Shown: positions 28,997 through 38,193 of the stretch, in pieces
Layout of the letters: every line of letters begins with the position of its first letter
How positions within the stretch are numbered: the stretch's first letter is position 1
Source: Candidatus Cloacimonadales bacterium
GTDB lineage: Bacteria > Cloacimonadota > Cloacimonadia > Cloacimonadales > DAONDQ01
Assembly (NCBI GenBank): GCA_963662275.1
Contig: OY759316.1
Location: 960,001-1,024,000, forward strand
Reading direction: 5' to 3'
Length of the DNA: 64,000 nucleotides
Made by a program: the position numbers and the translations under genes
The notes under the pieces: model-generated
Database searches by the model: none
The model's input: only the letters and a program-made list of their open reading frames with translations
What the model was told of the DNA's origin: nothing

Positions 28997-30169
28997 TCAC
29001 TCTGAAAAATCATCAGGCCAGAGCATTTCTGGACTACTTGCCCCATTTGCATATCCAAAACAATAGACATTGTAGAGCTTTGTTGCTATCCGATATATTC
29101 TCGGTTTCATTTTGAACAAGAGCATATAATATAGAGCATCTTTGATGGCATTATATCCAGCCTTTAGAGGTGTCATTCCTTCACTCCTTGCTTGAAAGGT
29201 TTCACCTGTGAAAACTTGCTCCCCTACTTGAGCCATATAATGGAACGTCATCTCATAAGCAGCCTGTTCTAATGCCTCTTGCGACCATGATGTTGTGATG
29301 CACCACTGATCAGAGTGTAATTGATTATATCGGGCTTTGATTGGTGAAGTTATAGGGGCGGGCAAGAGAAGTCGTCTTATTTGTCCATCTGGAACGCTTT
29401 TCCATTTGCGCGATACCCGCCATGTCGAAGGTTCTATGGCAATTTTAATTGGGTCAGGAACTTGAATCTGGCTATCTTTGTAAAAAACTCCTCCAAGTTC
29501 AATTCCTCTTTGAAGACGTTCAATATGCCGATCAATTTGTTGCATTATCCGATTGTTAGAAATGACCATTGATTTCATTTCGATGACAGCATGAATATTG
29601 ATCACTTCTTGATCCAGTTCTCTTGAGCGTGATATTATCAACCCATCTGCACCTTTTGCCCATCGATTATTAGATAGCCTGAGTGATTGATCGGATGCTG
29701 CGATTCGACAAGGTTCTCGAATTGTGTCTCCAAAATATAGTTCATATATCTGAGGAATACAGTTTTCACAGGCTAGTTTCTCTGCAAGACTGATACAATT
29801 ACCTATAGATAATAGTTCAGCAAGTTCTCCCTTGAAACGATTCACCATATGGAAGAAGATAAATCTAATACAGTCAGCACATTCTTCAGGTGATAATTTA
29901 TCCTTGCCATTACTGACAAAAGTGTCTGATTCCTCAATATCGCAAAGACCATAAGCAATTAACCTCTTAAAAAGCTGACCACGAGGATGTTCATTAATAT
30001 CGCGTATAGCAGCATCAAGAGAATATCTAAAGATATCCCATGCTTTTTTTCCAGAGACAAGGTGTACTTTCGAATTACCCAAAGCAACCAATATTACTTT
30101 TTCGATAGCTTTAGCTAATGGTAGACTGCCAATAATCTCCGCTATTTGATAAGCTGATGAGCGACTCAT
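28997..30169 (-). CDS. Hypothetical protein, possible PD-(D/E)xK nuclease fold
   Basis: 390-aa ORF; KGELAELL..KGADGLII..VIEMKS pattern. Confidence 0.55.
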   Translation of the reverse strand: MSRSSAYQIAEIIGSLPLAKAIEKVILVALGNSKVHLVSGKKAWDIFRYSLDAAIRDINEHPRGQLFKRLIAYGLCDIEESDTFVSNGKDKLSPEECADCIRFIFFHMVNRFKGELAELLSIGNCISLAEKLACENCIPQIYELYFGDTIREPCRIAASDQSLRLSNNRWAKGADGLIISRSRELDQEVINIHAVIEMKSMVISNNRIMQQIDRHIERLQRGIELGGVFYKDSQIQVPDPIKIAIEPSTWRVSRKWKSVPDGQIRRLLLPAPITSPIKARYNQLHSDQWCITTSWSQEALEQAAYEMTFHYMAQVGEQVFTGETFQARSEGMTPLKAGYNAIKDALYYMLLFKMKPRIYRIATKLYNVYCFGYANGASSPEMLWPDDFSE

Positions 30170-30384
30170 TTATCTTTCCTCATAATTATCATGGTTCGTT
30201 CCTTTCTGTGATCATATTATTTTGAATTGAAAACAATGAGGAATATCTGTCAAATGATTCGTTTATTTCATGACCTTAGAGAAAGCATAATAATGAGACG
30301 CCCATGTTGGACTTCTCTACTTGTATCTTGACATAATATCATCATTTTGCCGATTTATAGAAAACAGCTTTTAATTGGAGCACC

Positions 30385-31344
30385 ATGTCAAAAAACATCA
30401 GATCCGTATTTCTCTTGCTTCTCACTTCCATGATTTGGGGATTTGCCTTTGTAGCTCAGAGAAAAGGAATGGAATCGCTTGATCCAATGACTTTTAATGG
30501 TATTCGATTTGCCTTGGGAGCTGTGTTTGTGGGGTTGATAATAAGGATGAGACCCCCCGTGATTTTGAAGTGTGAAGTTCGAAGTTCGAAGTTCGAACCT
30601 GTGAATTCGAACTTCGCACTTCGCACTTCGAACTTCCGAGGGTTTCCCTGGTTGCCAGGTATTGTACTGTTTATTGCTGCTTCACTTCAACAGGTTGGAA
30701 TTATCTGGACTACTGCTGGGAATGCAGGATTTATCACAGGATTATATGTAGTATTCGTACCAATATTAGGGATTTATCTTGGTCAAAGCTTGAATATGCG
30801 CCATTATCTTGCTGTATTTTTGTCTTGCTTAGGCATTTACCTGATGAGTGTTAAGCAAGGATTCCAGTTTAATCCGGGTGACTTGATTGTTTTATTGAGT
30901 GCTGTCTTTTGGGCATTGCATGTGCATATTATCAGTAAATATACACGAAAAATGGACAGTTTGTATTTAGCTTTTTCTCAATATGCTGTCTGTGCAATTA
31001 TTAGTTTAGTCTGCGGATTGGTAATCATCATGTGGAAGCATCCGCAATCTATCATGAATCTTTCCCTTTTTACCAACATCTTTCATGCTTCCATTCCCAT
31101 TATGTATGGAGGCTTGTTCTCAGTAGGAATTGCTTATACTTTGCAGATTGAAGGACAGAAAAGAATCGAACCCGCTACAGCATCCATCATTCTCTGCCTG
31201 GAAAGTGTTTTTGCTATGTTCGGCGGATGGCTGCTACTTCATGAAGTTGTTTCCTTAAGGATGTTGATTGGTGCTTTATTACTATTTAGTGCCATGATGA
31301 TCAGCACAATATCGCTATCAAATAAGAATTTGCACGAGAACTAA
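30385..31344 (+). CDS. DMT/EamA-family transporter
   Basis: IWGFAFVAQ, AGFITGLYVVFVP, GDLIVLLSAVFWALH, ASIILCLESVFA. Confidence 0.92.
   Translation: MSKNIRSVFLLLLTSMIWGFAFVAQRKGMESLDPMTFNGIRFALGAVFVGLIIRMRPPVILKCEVRSSKFEPVNSNFALRTSNFRGFPWLPGIVLFIAASLQQVGIIWTTAGNAGFITGLYVVFVPILGIYLGQSLNMRHYLAVFLSCLGIYLMSVKQGFQFNPGDLIVLLSAVFWALHVHIISKYTRKMDSLYLAFSQYAVCAIISLVCGLVIIMWKHPQSIMNLSLFTNIFHASIPIMYGGLFSVGIAYTLQIEGQKRIEPATASIILCLESVFAMFGGWLLLHEVVSLRMLIGALLLFSAMMISTISLSNKNLHEN
30565..30641. repeat. Inverted heptamer repeat (TCGAAGT)n/(TCGAACT)n in-frame inside the DMT gene
   Basis: GAAGTGTGAAGTTCGAAGTTCGAAGTTCGAA..TTCGAACTTCGCACTTCGCACTTCGAACTTC. Confidence 0.85.
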
Positions 31345-31347
31345 GGG

Positions 31348-31497
31348 TTTTGGAGTTCAATTTCCCAAGCAAAACTATCAATTACCACCTGGCTAAAAGG
31401 GAAATTGGGCTTTACATGAAAGCTAAGAGTTTGGAGTTCAAATGCCCTAAACAAATTATCATTGAATACCTGACTAAAAGGGCATTCGGACTTCAAA
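31348..31497. repeat. Two tandem TTTGGAGTTCA-type hairpin elements
   Basis: TTTGGAGTTCAATTTCCC..GGGAAATTGGGCTT and TTTGGAGTTCAAATGCCCT..AGGGCATTCGGACTTCAAA. Confidence 0.75.
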
Positions 31498-31669
31498 ATC
31501 GGCCTTTCATCCTCGGTAGTGAAAACCTGTTTTCTGAGAAGTTCAGAAGCGATATTAGGTTATAAATCAGCTTTTCAAACTCTCCGAAGAAGGGCATACT
31601 ACCGCAAGCCCCTACATCCACCTCTTTATCCAAAGAGAGGAATTGGGAAATTCTCTCCAAGGAATCAAT

Positions 31670-31700
31670 AAAAAAAATCCCCTGAGAAACTCAAGGGATT
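31670..31700 (-). terminator. Intrinsic terminator for the minus-strand lipoprotein gene
   Basis: Minus strand: AATCCCTTGAG-TTT-CTCAGGGGATTTTTTTT. Confidence 0.75.
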
Positions 31701-31727
31701 ATATTAGAAGGTTGATATCAATTCAAA

Positions 31728-31997
31728 TTACTTGTGACCATGATAGCCATTGTCTTCATGCTGCCTGTGCTGTTTTCTATGTCTGATTTCAGTTTGCCTG
31801 AAAATAACTTCCTGGTGCGTATTCATATCGATATAATAATCCTGGTCATAATACACATCTTCTACCCACACATGACGATGGCGATGATGATTTCCATACG
31901 TATCTGCTTCTGTGACAGTCATGACACAACTTGCTAGAAAGGCACATATCAATAGAATAAATAAACTCGGTAATCGGGATATTTTAAGTGTTTTCAT
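31728..31997 (-). CDS. Small His-rich putative lipoprotein
   Basis: GGAG RBS; lipobox-like FLAS-C; HHRHRH and HRKQHRQH..YHGHK. Confidence 0.7.
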   Translation of the reverse strand: MKTLKISRLPSLFILLICAFLASCVMTVTEADTYGNHHRHRHVWVEDVYYDQDYYIDMNTHQEVIFRQTEIRHRKQHRQHEDNGYHGHK

Positions 31998-32162
31998 ATT
32001 TTCTCCATTAAACTAGACTAATGATAAGATAACCCGATTATTTGAATTTGCTTGGATTAACATGACTATTTTATTTTCTTAGGTGCATTTCGACTCCGCT
32101 CAATGACCGAGAAATTATTCGATGAACCGCTTCCCTGTACGCTGTTCCCTGTACGCTGTACG

Positions 32163-32819
32163 CTAAAATGCCGGTACTTCCAAACCAATACGTAAACCAA
32201 CACCACTCATATCGATTTCATTCCAGGTAATACCGGTGTCAGTAACTTGGATATCTCTTTTCATCCTACCGCCATTATAAAACAATTCACCATAGATAGC
32301 CGTATGACGACTTAAAGAATAACGTACCCCAGCTTGGAGATTCCAATTGAAACCGCTGTAAAATTTTGTTTCCTTGACCGTGCTGTGAAAAGTATGATCG
32401 GCATTATCTTCTTGGAATGCAGCAACAAAGACATTTTCCCATAGAAGTCCTAGTCCGAATCCTCCCCCCACAAAGGGTTTGAATTTGCTATCTGCAGGGA
32501 TATTCACTTTTCCATTCAATTGAAGTGGAAGATAGTAGGTTGAAATGTCAGAAGTCTTTTGGATTGTCTGTACTGGATTATTGGCATTATCCGTTGCATA
32601 ACCGATCTTTCTTTCCTTGGAGAAATTTCTATAAAATAGATCAGCGCTGGGGAAAAGAACTACTGTATTATCAATGCTTGACCCATAACAAAAGCCAAAC
32701 ATTGATCCAATGCTTGCATCCTGCGGTGCAAGAAAACCGAATCGGTACATATTGATAGGCTCAGCATTCAAAATGATACTCAACAATAGGGCACATAAAA
32801 GAACAGTAATTTTTTTCAT
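32163..32819 (-). CDS. Outer-membrane beta-barrel protein (8-stranded type)
   Basis: Signal peptide; KPFVGGGFG, QAGVRY; alternating strands; C-terminal Phe. Confidence 0.75.
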   Translation of the reverse strand: MKKITVLLCALLLSIILNAEPINMYRFGFLAPQDASIGSMFGFCYGSSIDNTVVLFPSADLFYRNFSKERKIGYATDNANNPVQTIQKTSDISTYYLPLQLNGKVNIPADSKFKPFVGGGFGLGLLWENVFVAAFQEDNADHTFHSTVKETKFYSGFNWNLQAGVRYSLSRHTAIYGELFYNGGRMKRDIQVTDTGITWNEIDMSGVGLRIGLEVPAF

Positions 32820-32977
32820 GGAAATCTCCTCAATATTCTATGAAATGCAAAATAAAATATCTTACATAACAGGCAAGTAAAAAGCTCTGATTCTCCAGAA
32901 CATAGACAAAAGAGAAATATCTTGACGAGAAAGTTCATCTCTAATTTTTAAAAGTAGATTAAGAATCCAAGTGGGAG

Positions 32978-33385
32978 ATGACTATGTTACGCAACTCAAA
33001 AGGTTTTTCAGTATATTCCATTATTAGTATCATCGCTGCATTAGCATTGATCTTTGTTCTGGCTTTACCATCCTTTTTCAATGTCAATCGTAAAGAAAAA
33101 CAGAATGAATGCATCAAGAATATGGAAGAAACATATCGTGCTATCAATCAATATATGAATGATAAGAAGTCGGATTTCAAAGGTGATGGTATGGACCTTA
33201 AAACTACTGGTTACCTGAAAGCTATTTTCGAATGCCCTGAAGATGGTATTGGTGATAAGTATTTCATGTCAGGTAAATACAGCCCCAATGGTAATAAGAT
33301 CACCGTTACTTGCCCTAATGCAAAGGAATTCCCTGCTCATGTTATACCTGAGAGCTTTTTTGAAAGCCTTAAAATTACACCATAA
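32978..33385 (+). CDS. Pilin/pseudopilin-like protein (class III signal peptide)
   Basis: RNSKG|FSVYSIISIIAALALIFVLALP; C..CP..CP cysteines; lacks Glu+5. Confidence 0.7.
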   Translation: MTMLRNSKGFSVYSIISIIAALALIFVLALPSFFNVNRKEKQNECIKNMEETYRAINQYMNDKKSDFKGDGMDLKTTGYLKAIFECPEDGIGDKYFMSGKYSPNGNKITVTCPNAKEFPAHVIPESFFESLKITP

Positions 33386-33400
33386 ATCAGGAATTATTAT

Positions 33401-33440
33401 ATAAGAAAACCTTCAGACTAGCGTCTGAAGGTTTTCTTAT
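33401..33440 (+). terminator. 18-bp perfect hairpin, terminator-like
   Basis: ATAAGAAAACCTTCAGAC-TAGC-GTCTGAAGGTTTTCTTAT. Confidence 0.75.
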
Positions 33441-33461
33441 TATAGAGAGGATAAAAACACT

Positions 33462-34757
33462 ATGCTTACATATCAAGAATTTCTCGATCATATATTTCTA
33501 CGTTATTCAGGCAATGTGAAACTTGGATTAGAGAGAATGGAAGGTATCCTGGAGGATATGGATTACCCCAATCTTAGATTGCGAGGCATTCATATCGCCG
33601 GCACGAATGGCAAAGGTTCTACTTCTGCTGCTTGTGAGGCATTAGCACTTGCGAATAATCAATCAACAGGTTTGAATACATCTCCTCACCTCATCGATTA
33701 TTGCGAACGTTTCCGCCTCCAGGGAAGTAATCTCAAATTCGAAGAAGTGCTCCGCATATATCATGAATGGGAAACTGTCTTTCAAAAATGGGATGCTTCC
33801 TTCTTTGAAATTACAACGGCTATCGCTTTTCAACTTTTCTATGAGAATAAGATCGATACATCCATCTTTGAAGTTGGACTCGGAGGAAGACTTGATGGAA
33901 CGAATCCATTCAACTCAACTGTTTGTGTGATAACCACAATTTCTATTGATCACCCGAAAAGCCTGGGTACTACCGTGGAAAAGATTGCCTTTGAGAAAGC
34001 TGGTATCATCAAACCCGGTGTTCCAGTTGTTCTTGGTCCAATCCAAACCCCTGCTTTGGAAGTGATAGAAAAAGTTGCTTTGGAAAGGCAAGCACCCATA
34101 TTCCGTTGTGGAATGGACTTTTTCGTAGAAAATGTTATAACTGGAGAGGACGGGACTTTCTTTGACTACCGTTTCCCAAAATTAAATATCGTTTGGAATA
34201 ATATACAAGCAAATCTGATCGGTAAATACCAAGCGACAAATATTTCCCTCGCTTTAACAGCATTCCTCATTTACTGCAAAATAACGAAGCAACACTGGTC
34301 AGAAACCACTATCAGGAGAGGATTACTGCATATTTCCTGGCAGGGACGGTTACAGTTGGTTCGAGGTAAAATAACCATGCTCCTGGATGGAGCACATAAT
34401 GATGAGGGTGTGGACAGTCTTATTTCCAGTTTACAGGAAATCTTCCCCAATAAAAGATATCTTATCGTCACCGCAATTCTGAATGACAAACCATATAAAT
34501 CCATGCTTCGAAAAATGAGTAGCATTGCCTATCGTATGTATCTCACCCAAAACCATTCAGACAGAGCAGCTAAAATCGCCGATGAGGAGAAAGTTCTGAA
34601 AGAATGCAATGCATCCTACGAAACCTGTCCTGATGTTATTTCTGCTACGGAAAAAGCTATAGTAGATTGCCAGGATAATGATATCGTAATCGTCTGCGGT
34701 TCATTGCATACGGTGGCAGAAGTACTGGAATGCGAAAGGCTGATGCAGGAGAACTAA
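33462..34757 (+). CDS. folC: Folylpolyglutamate synthase / dihydrofolate synthase
   Basis: HIAGTNGKGST, TSPHL, FEVGLGGRLDGTN, IAFEKAGIIK, LDGAHN. Confidence 0.96.
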   Translation: MLTYQEFLDHIFLRYSGNVKLGLERMEGILEDMDYPNLRLRGIHIAGTNGKGSTSAACEALALANNQSTGLNTSPHLIDYCERFRLQGSNLKFEEVLRIYHEWETVFQKWDASFFEITTAIAFQLFYENKIDTSIFEVGLGGRLDGTNPFNSTVCVITTISIDHPKSLGTTVEKIAFEKAGIIKPGVPVVLGPIQTPALEVIEKVALERQAPIFRCGMDFFVENVITGEDGTFFDYRFPKLNIVWNNIQANLIGKYQATNISLALTAFLIYCKITKQHWSETTIRRGLLHISWQGRLQLVRGKITMLLDGAHNDEGVDSLISSLQEIFPNKRYLIVTAILNDKPYKSMLRKMSSIAYRMYLTQNHSDRAAKIADEEKVLKECNASYETCPDVISATEKAIVDCQDNDIVIVCGSLHTVAEVLECERLMQEN

Positions 34758-35054
34758 AAACTAATAACTAATAACTAAAAGTTGCAGAGTAGGGGTCCGG
34801 GTCAGCAGACCCATTCCTCCCTTCAGATGAAGCAACTTTAGTGTCGGAGAGTTTGATTCTAATCTTCTACAAACTACAAGCTTCATCAAAGGGAGAATTT
34901 GATTCTATAATGTCACAGAGAAACAATAAGAAATACATCGCAATACACAAAAAATAACTTGGCAAAATAAATTAAAATAGAAGTTTACCTTTTATGCATT
35001 TCCGAAAAAGAATTTATCTTGGAATACATATAATAACCTTATATAGGAGGAACT

Positions 35055-35480
35055 ATGAAATTCCAGGTTACAGAGAGAATCAGCACAACTACATCTCACG
35101 TCGAAATAATGAATGCTCTTGAAGAACAAATGGAAAAAGTATCTACCAACTTGAATCGTAATGGAGATAAGATCACAACTGAATCTATTGCACTCGCTAT
35201 GTTGCATTTTATCTTCAGGAAAGATACTTCCACAATCAAAGCTGATCAAGTTGATGATGGTTTTCTATTAGTTGCAGATGTACACTATTGCCCGCCGTTT
35301 CTTTTCTATATTTACATTGCAATCGTGCTATTGCCATTCGTTGTTTCAATTATGTCGCCTTCATTTTCACTTATTAATATTACATATTTTATATTTGTGA
35401 TAATTTCAATTGCGATTTACAGAAATCAAAAAAAAACCTTAAGCGATGCTATTGAGAATGTATTCAAAAAAAATAAATGA
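35055..35480 (+). CDS. Hypothetical membrane protein
   Basis: AGGAGG RBS; two C-terminal hydrophobic helices; possible slip in the terminal A run. Confidence 0.65.
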   Translation: MKFQVTERISTTTSHVEIMNALEEQMEKVSTNLNRNGDKITTESIALAMLHFIFRKDTSTIKADQVDDGFLLVADVHYCPPFLFYIYIAIVLLPFVVSIMSPSFSLINITYFIFVIISIAIYRNQKKTLSDAIENVFKKNK

Positions 35481-35678
35481 GGAATTTAAGAATAATATAT
35501 AGGAATTACTAAATATTCCATGGGCACACTCCTCTGGCTATCGGATTTCGACACTACGATGTCTTATTAGATATTAAATTGACAAACGGAAATCTATTTC
35601 TCATTATTTGTGTATATTAGACGATGCAGAATCCTCATGATTTTATCCTAATAACCTTTTGAAACGCTCCTATATGAT

Positions 35679-35764
35679 TACCGAGAGATAACCGAGACAT
35701 AACCGAGACTTAATCGAGAGCGTTCTCGTTAATGGCTGGTTCATTTTTGCTTCCTGTTTCTCTG
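35679..35764. repeat. 11-bp repeats (AACCGAGACAT-like) running into a 63-bp element that is an inverted copy of 1181-1243
   Basis: Reverse complement of 35702-35764 matches 1181-1243 at 60 of 63 positions. Confidence 0.85.
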
Positions 35765-35941
35765 AAATTACCTTTGTTTTCTTTGTGAAGAAAGATGTCG
35801 ATCTTTGTACAGCGAGGCATGCTAGCGAGCTATAAATCGACATTTCGATTTCGCTCAATGAACTAAATCGCTGCTGAATGTCCCAACGAAATATACAGGA
35901 AATTGAGAATAAGATCCAGGGATAACATCCCTTCCGCTTGA

Positions 35942-36235
35942 AAATGGCAAACTCGGGTTAAGGGTCGAGATTGGTATGATTTCATCTGGTTTAATAAACA
36001 GAAAGTCAAACTGAATCTTCAACATCTGGAAACTCGACTAAAACAATGCGGTAACTTGATAGATAATGTTACTCTAACTCCAGTTTTGATGCAAGATTTA
36101 CTTAGTAAGAGAATTCAGGAAGTAGGTTTTAAACAAGCTAAGATGGATATTCTTCCTTTCATACAGGATGCTCGCTAATTGGAGAATTGGGCACCGGAGT
36201 TGTTTAGGCATATAACAGCAAAAGTAGGAAATTAA
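35942..36235 (+). pseudogene. 3' remnant of an abiEii-like toxin gene
   Basis: Translates KWQTRVKGRDWYDFIWFNKQKVKLNLQHLE..DAR*LENWAPELFRHITAKVGN, paralogous to the end of 37077-37940; premature TAA at 36176-36178; 5' two-thirds missing. Confidence 0.9.
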
Positions 36236-36249
36236 GTCATTGCAAAATA

Positions 36250-36290
36250 TGGAGCGGGAAACGGGGTTCGAACCCGCGACCCTCAGCTTG
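36250..36290 (-). repeat. Displaced 3' half of tRNA-Gly (att-like direct repeat of 37955-37995)
   Basis: 40 of 41 bases identical to the tRNA 3' half; ends inside the anticodon loop. Confidence 0.9.
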
Positions 36291-36412
36291 ATGATCTGAG
36301 GGTATATATCCTGAGTCACAGATATGCATCGGATGAGGAAAGAAAGAATATCTTGAATATCGCCTTGTGCAAAAAAGGAATCAGCCCAATAGACTAATTT
36401 TAACTAATTATC

Positions 36413-36455
36413 TTGACATCGCAACCATCATGTGGATATATTGTCCACATGATGG
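36413..36455 (+). promoter_or_regulatory. abiE promoter with overlapping inverted-repeat operator
   Basis: TTGACA (36413) and TATATT (36437); perfect 12-bp IR CCATCATGTGGA-N7-TCCACATGATGG around the -10. Confidence 0.75.
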
Positions 36456-36462
36456 AGATAGT

Positions 36463-37077
36463 ATGAATGATTTATTAATGGATGTAGAAGTGCAGCCTTT
36501 CGATTATCAGTATCTGAGCGGCTTGCTAAGGGACTATAGCTATCCCAGGAACAAGATTACCAAGTTGTTGGATAGTGGTGATCTTATTCAATTAAAGCGG
36601 GGTATGTACGTCCTTTCTGCGAACTATCAGAAGTTGCTTATACCGGAAGTAGTAGCGAATCTTCTTTATGGTCCATCCTATATTTCCCTCGATTATGCTT
36701 TGGGTTACTACCATCTGATACCGGAACTGGCTTTCAACATTACTTCTGTGACCACATCACGCAAGAAGGTATATTCCACTTCGATTGGTACTTTCTCATA
36801 TCAGACAATTAAGCCTGATTACTACAGACAGGGGTATCTAATCCATAGTTTGGAAGGTGTCAATTTTCTCATTGCTACGCCGGAAAAGGCACTATGTGAT
36901 AAGCTGTACCTATTCCCCTCCCAGAAGAGTGTTGCCGAGATGGAGATTGTTCTATTCGACGAACTACGTATAGACACAGACAAGTTTCGAAGCCTAAATT
37001 CTCGTCTGATAGCTGAATATTCACAAAACGCAAACTCAAATAACTTAAGGTTATTAACAGCAATGGTGGCAAAATAA
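36463..37077 (+). CDS. Type IV TA antitoxin, AbiEi-like
   Basis: LIQLKRGMY, PSYISLDYALGYYHLIPE, ITSVT, IATPEKALCD; TAATG coupling to the toxin. Confidence 0.88.
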   Translation: MNDLLMDVEVQPFDYQYLSGLLRDYSYPRNKITKLLDSGDLIQLKRGMYVLSANYQKLLIPEVVANLLYGPSYISLDYALGYYHLIPELAFNITSVTTSRKKVYSTSIGTFSYQTIKPDYYRQGYLIHSLEGVNFLIATPEKALCDKLYLFPSQKSVAEMEIVLFDELRIDTDKFRSLNSRLIAEYSQNANSNNLRLLTAMVAK

Positions 37078-37940
37078 TGAATAGCAATCCACTTTCCAAT
37101 CTGATAGACGGGCAAAAACAAAGTAATTCTACAGAGTTCAAACAAAGGCTATTACATGCTATCCAGCAGGTTTGTCTCTTAGGTTTGTGGCGAGGCGGAT
37201 TCTTTGAATATGCAGCATTTTATGGTGGAACAGCATTAAGCATAGTTCATGGAAATGATTGCTTCTCCGAAGACCTTGATTTTTCTTTACTCAACCCCTC
37301 AACAGACTTTTCGTTAAGTGATTTTCTGGATGCTGTGAAAAGGGAACTCACAGCTTGGGGAATTGATGCAACCGTAGGGATGGTCGAAAAGAATAACTCC
37401 GACATTGAATCTGCCTTTATTAAAACCAACACATTGGATAGGATGATCTCGTTTGAGATACCTAAGAATTTTATCAAAGGTATGCATCGTAATGAAGTCA
37501 GTCATGTGAAATTTGAAGTTGATGCAAATCCGCCATGTAGTTTTGAAAGTGAGTTTCATTATCTTCTGGAGCCGATTCCCTTTCATATACGCGTTATGGC
37601 TTTATCGGATATATATGCCGGTAAAATTCATGCCTTGCTTGCCAGAAAGTGGCAAACCCGTGTGAAGGGTCGTGATTGGTACGATTTCATCTGGTTTAGT
37701 AAACAGAAGGTAAAATTGAATCTTCAACATCTGGAAGCCAGGCTGAAACAAAGTGGTCATTTAAAAGAGGATGTAAAACTAACAGATGATCTGTTTCAGG
37801 AAATGCTGATCACGCGTATTAATGGTGTGGATTTCGAACAGGCAAAAAATGATGTTATGCCCTTCATAAAGGATGTTCGTCAATTGGAGAACTGGTCACC
37901 GGAGCTGTTTAGCCATATCACAGCAACAGTAGGAAAGTAA
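37077..37940 (+). CDS. Type IV TA toxin, AbiEii/AbiGii nucleotidyltransferase
   Basis: FYGGTAL..FSEDLDFS, KFEVD, GKIHAL..KGRDWYD. Confidence 0.92.
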   Translation: MNSNPLSNLIDGQKQSNSTEFKQRLLHAIQQVCLLGLWRGGFFEYAAFYGGTALSIVHGNDCFSEDLDFSLLNPSTDFSLSDFLDAVKRELTAWGIDATVGMVEKNNSDIESAFIKTNTLDRMISFEIPKNFIKGMHRNEVSHVKFEVDANPPCSFESEFHYLLEPIPFHIRVMALSDIYAGKIHALLARKWQTRVKGRDWYDFIWFSKQKVKLNLQHLEARLKQSGHLKEDVKLTDDLFQEMLITRINGVDFEQAKNDVMPFIKDVRQLENWSPELFSHITATVGK

Positions 37941-37954
37941 GTCATTGCAAAATA

Positions 37955-38029
37955 TGGAGCGGGAAACGGGGCTCGAACCCGCGACCCTCAGCTTGGGAAG
38001 CTAATGCTCTACCACTGAGCTATTCCCGC
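37955..38029 (-). tRNA. tRNA-Gly (CCC)
   Basis: GCGGGAATAGCTCAGTGGTAGAGCATTAGCTTCCCAAGCTGAGGGTCGCGGGTTCGAGCCCCGTTTCCCGCTCCA; cloverleaf, anticodon CCC, encoded CCA. Confidence 0.97.
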
Positions 38030-38193
38030 TCACAAGCGTTTATAATCTGAATTACAGGGTCTGTGTCAAGGAAAAAAGGCTTGAAGAATTAAAAATTAAA
38101 AATTAAAAGCTAAAAATTGGCAGTGCAGAACAGCAGAAGAGACCAGAGACCCCCTTGTTGAATTACGAAGTGCGGGAGGAACAGACCCCCCTA

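Noticed and set aside
31348..31565. Integron attC sites, or the 71-aa ORF at 31350
   Set aside because: No RYYYAAC/GTTRRRY cores, cassette ORFs or integrase; the ORF merely reads through two hairpin units
32978..33385. Type IV pilus or T2SS gene cluster
   Set aside because: Single pilin-like gene; no ATPase, platform or secretin genes nearby
36250..36290. Second tRNA-Gly gene
   Set aside because: Only the 3' half is present; D arm and 5' acceptor strand are missing
35670..36319. Short minus-strand ORFs 35670-35858 and 36098-36319
   Set aside because: They run through repeats, the tRNA fragment and the antisense of the abiEii remnant
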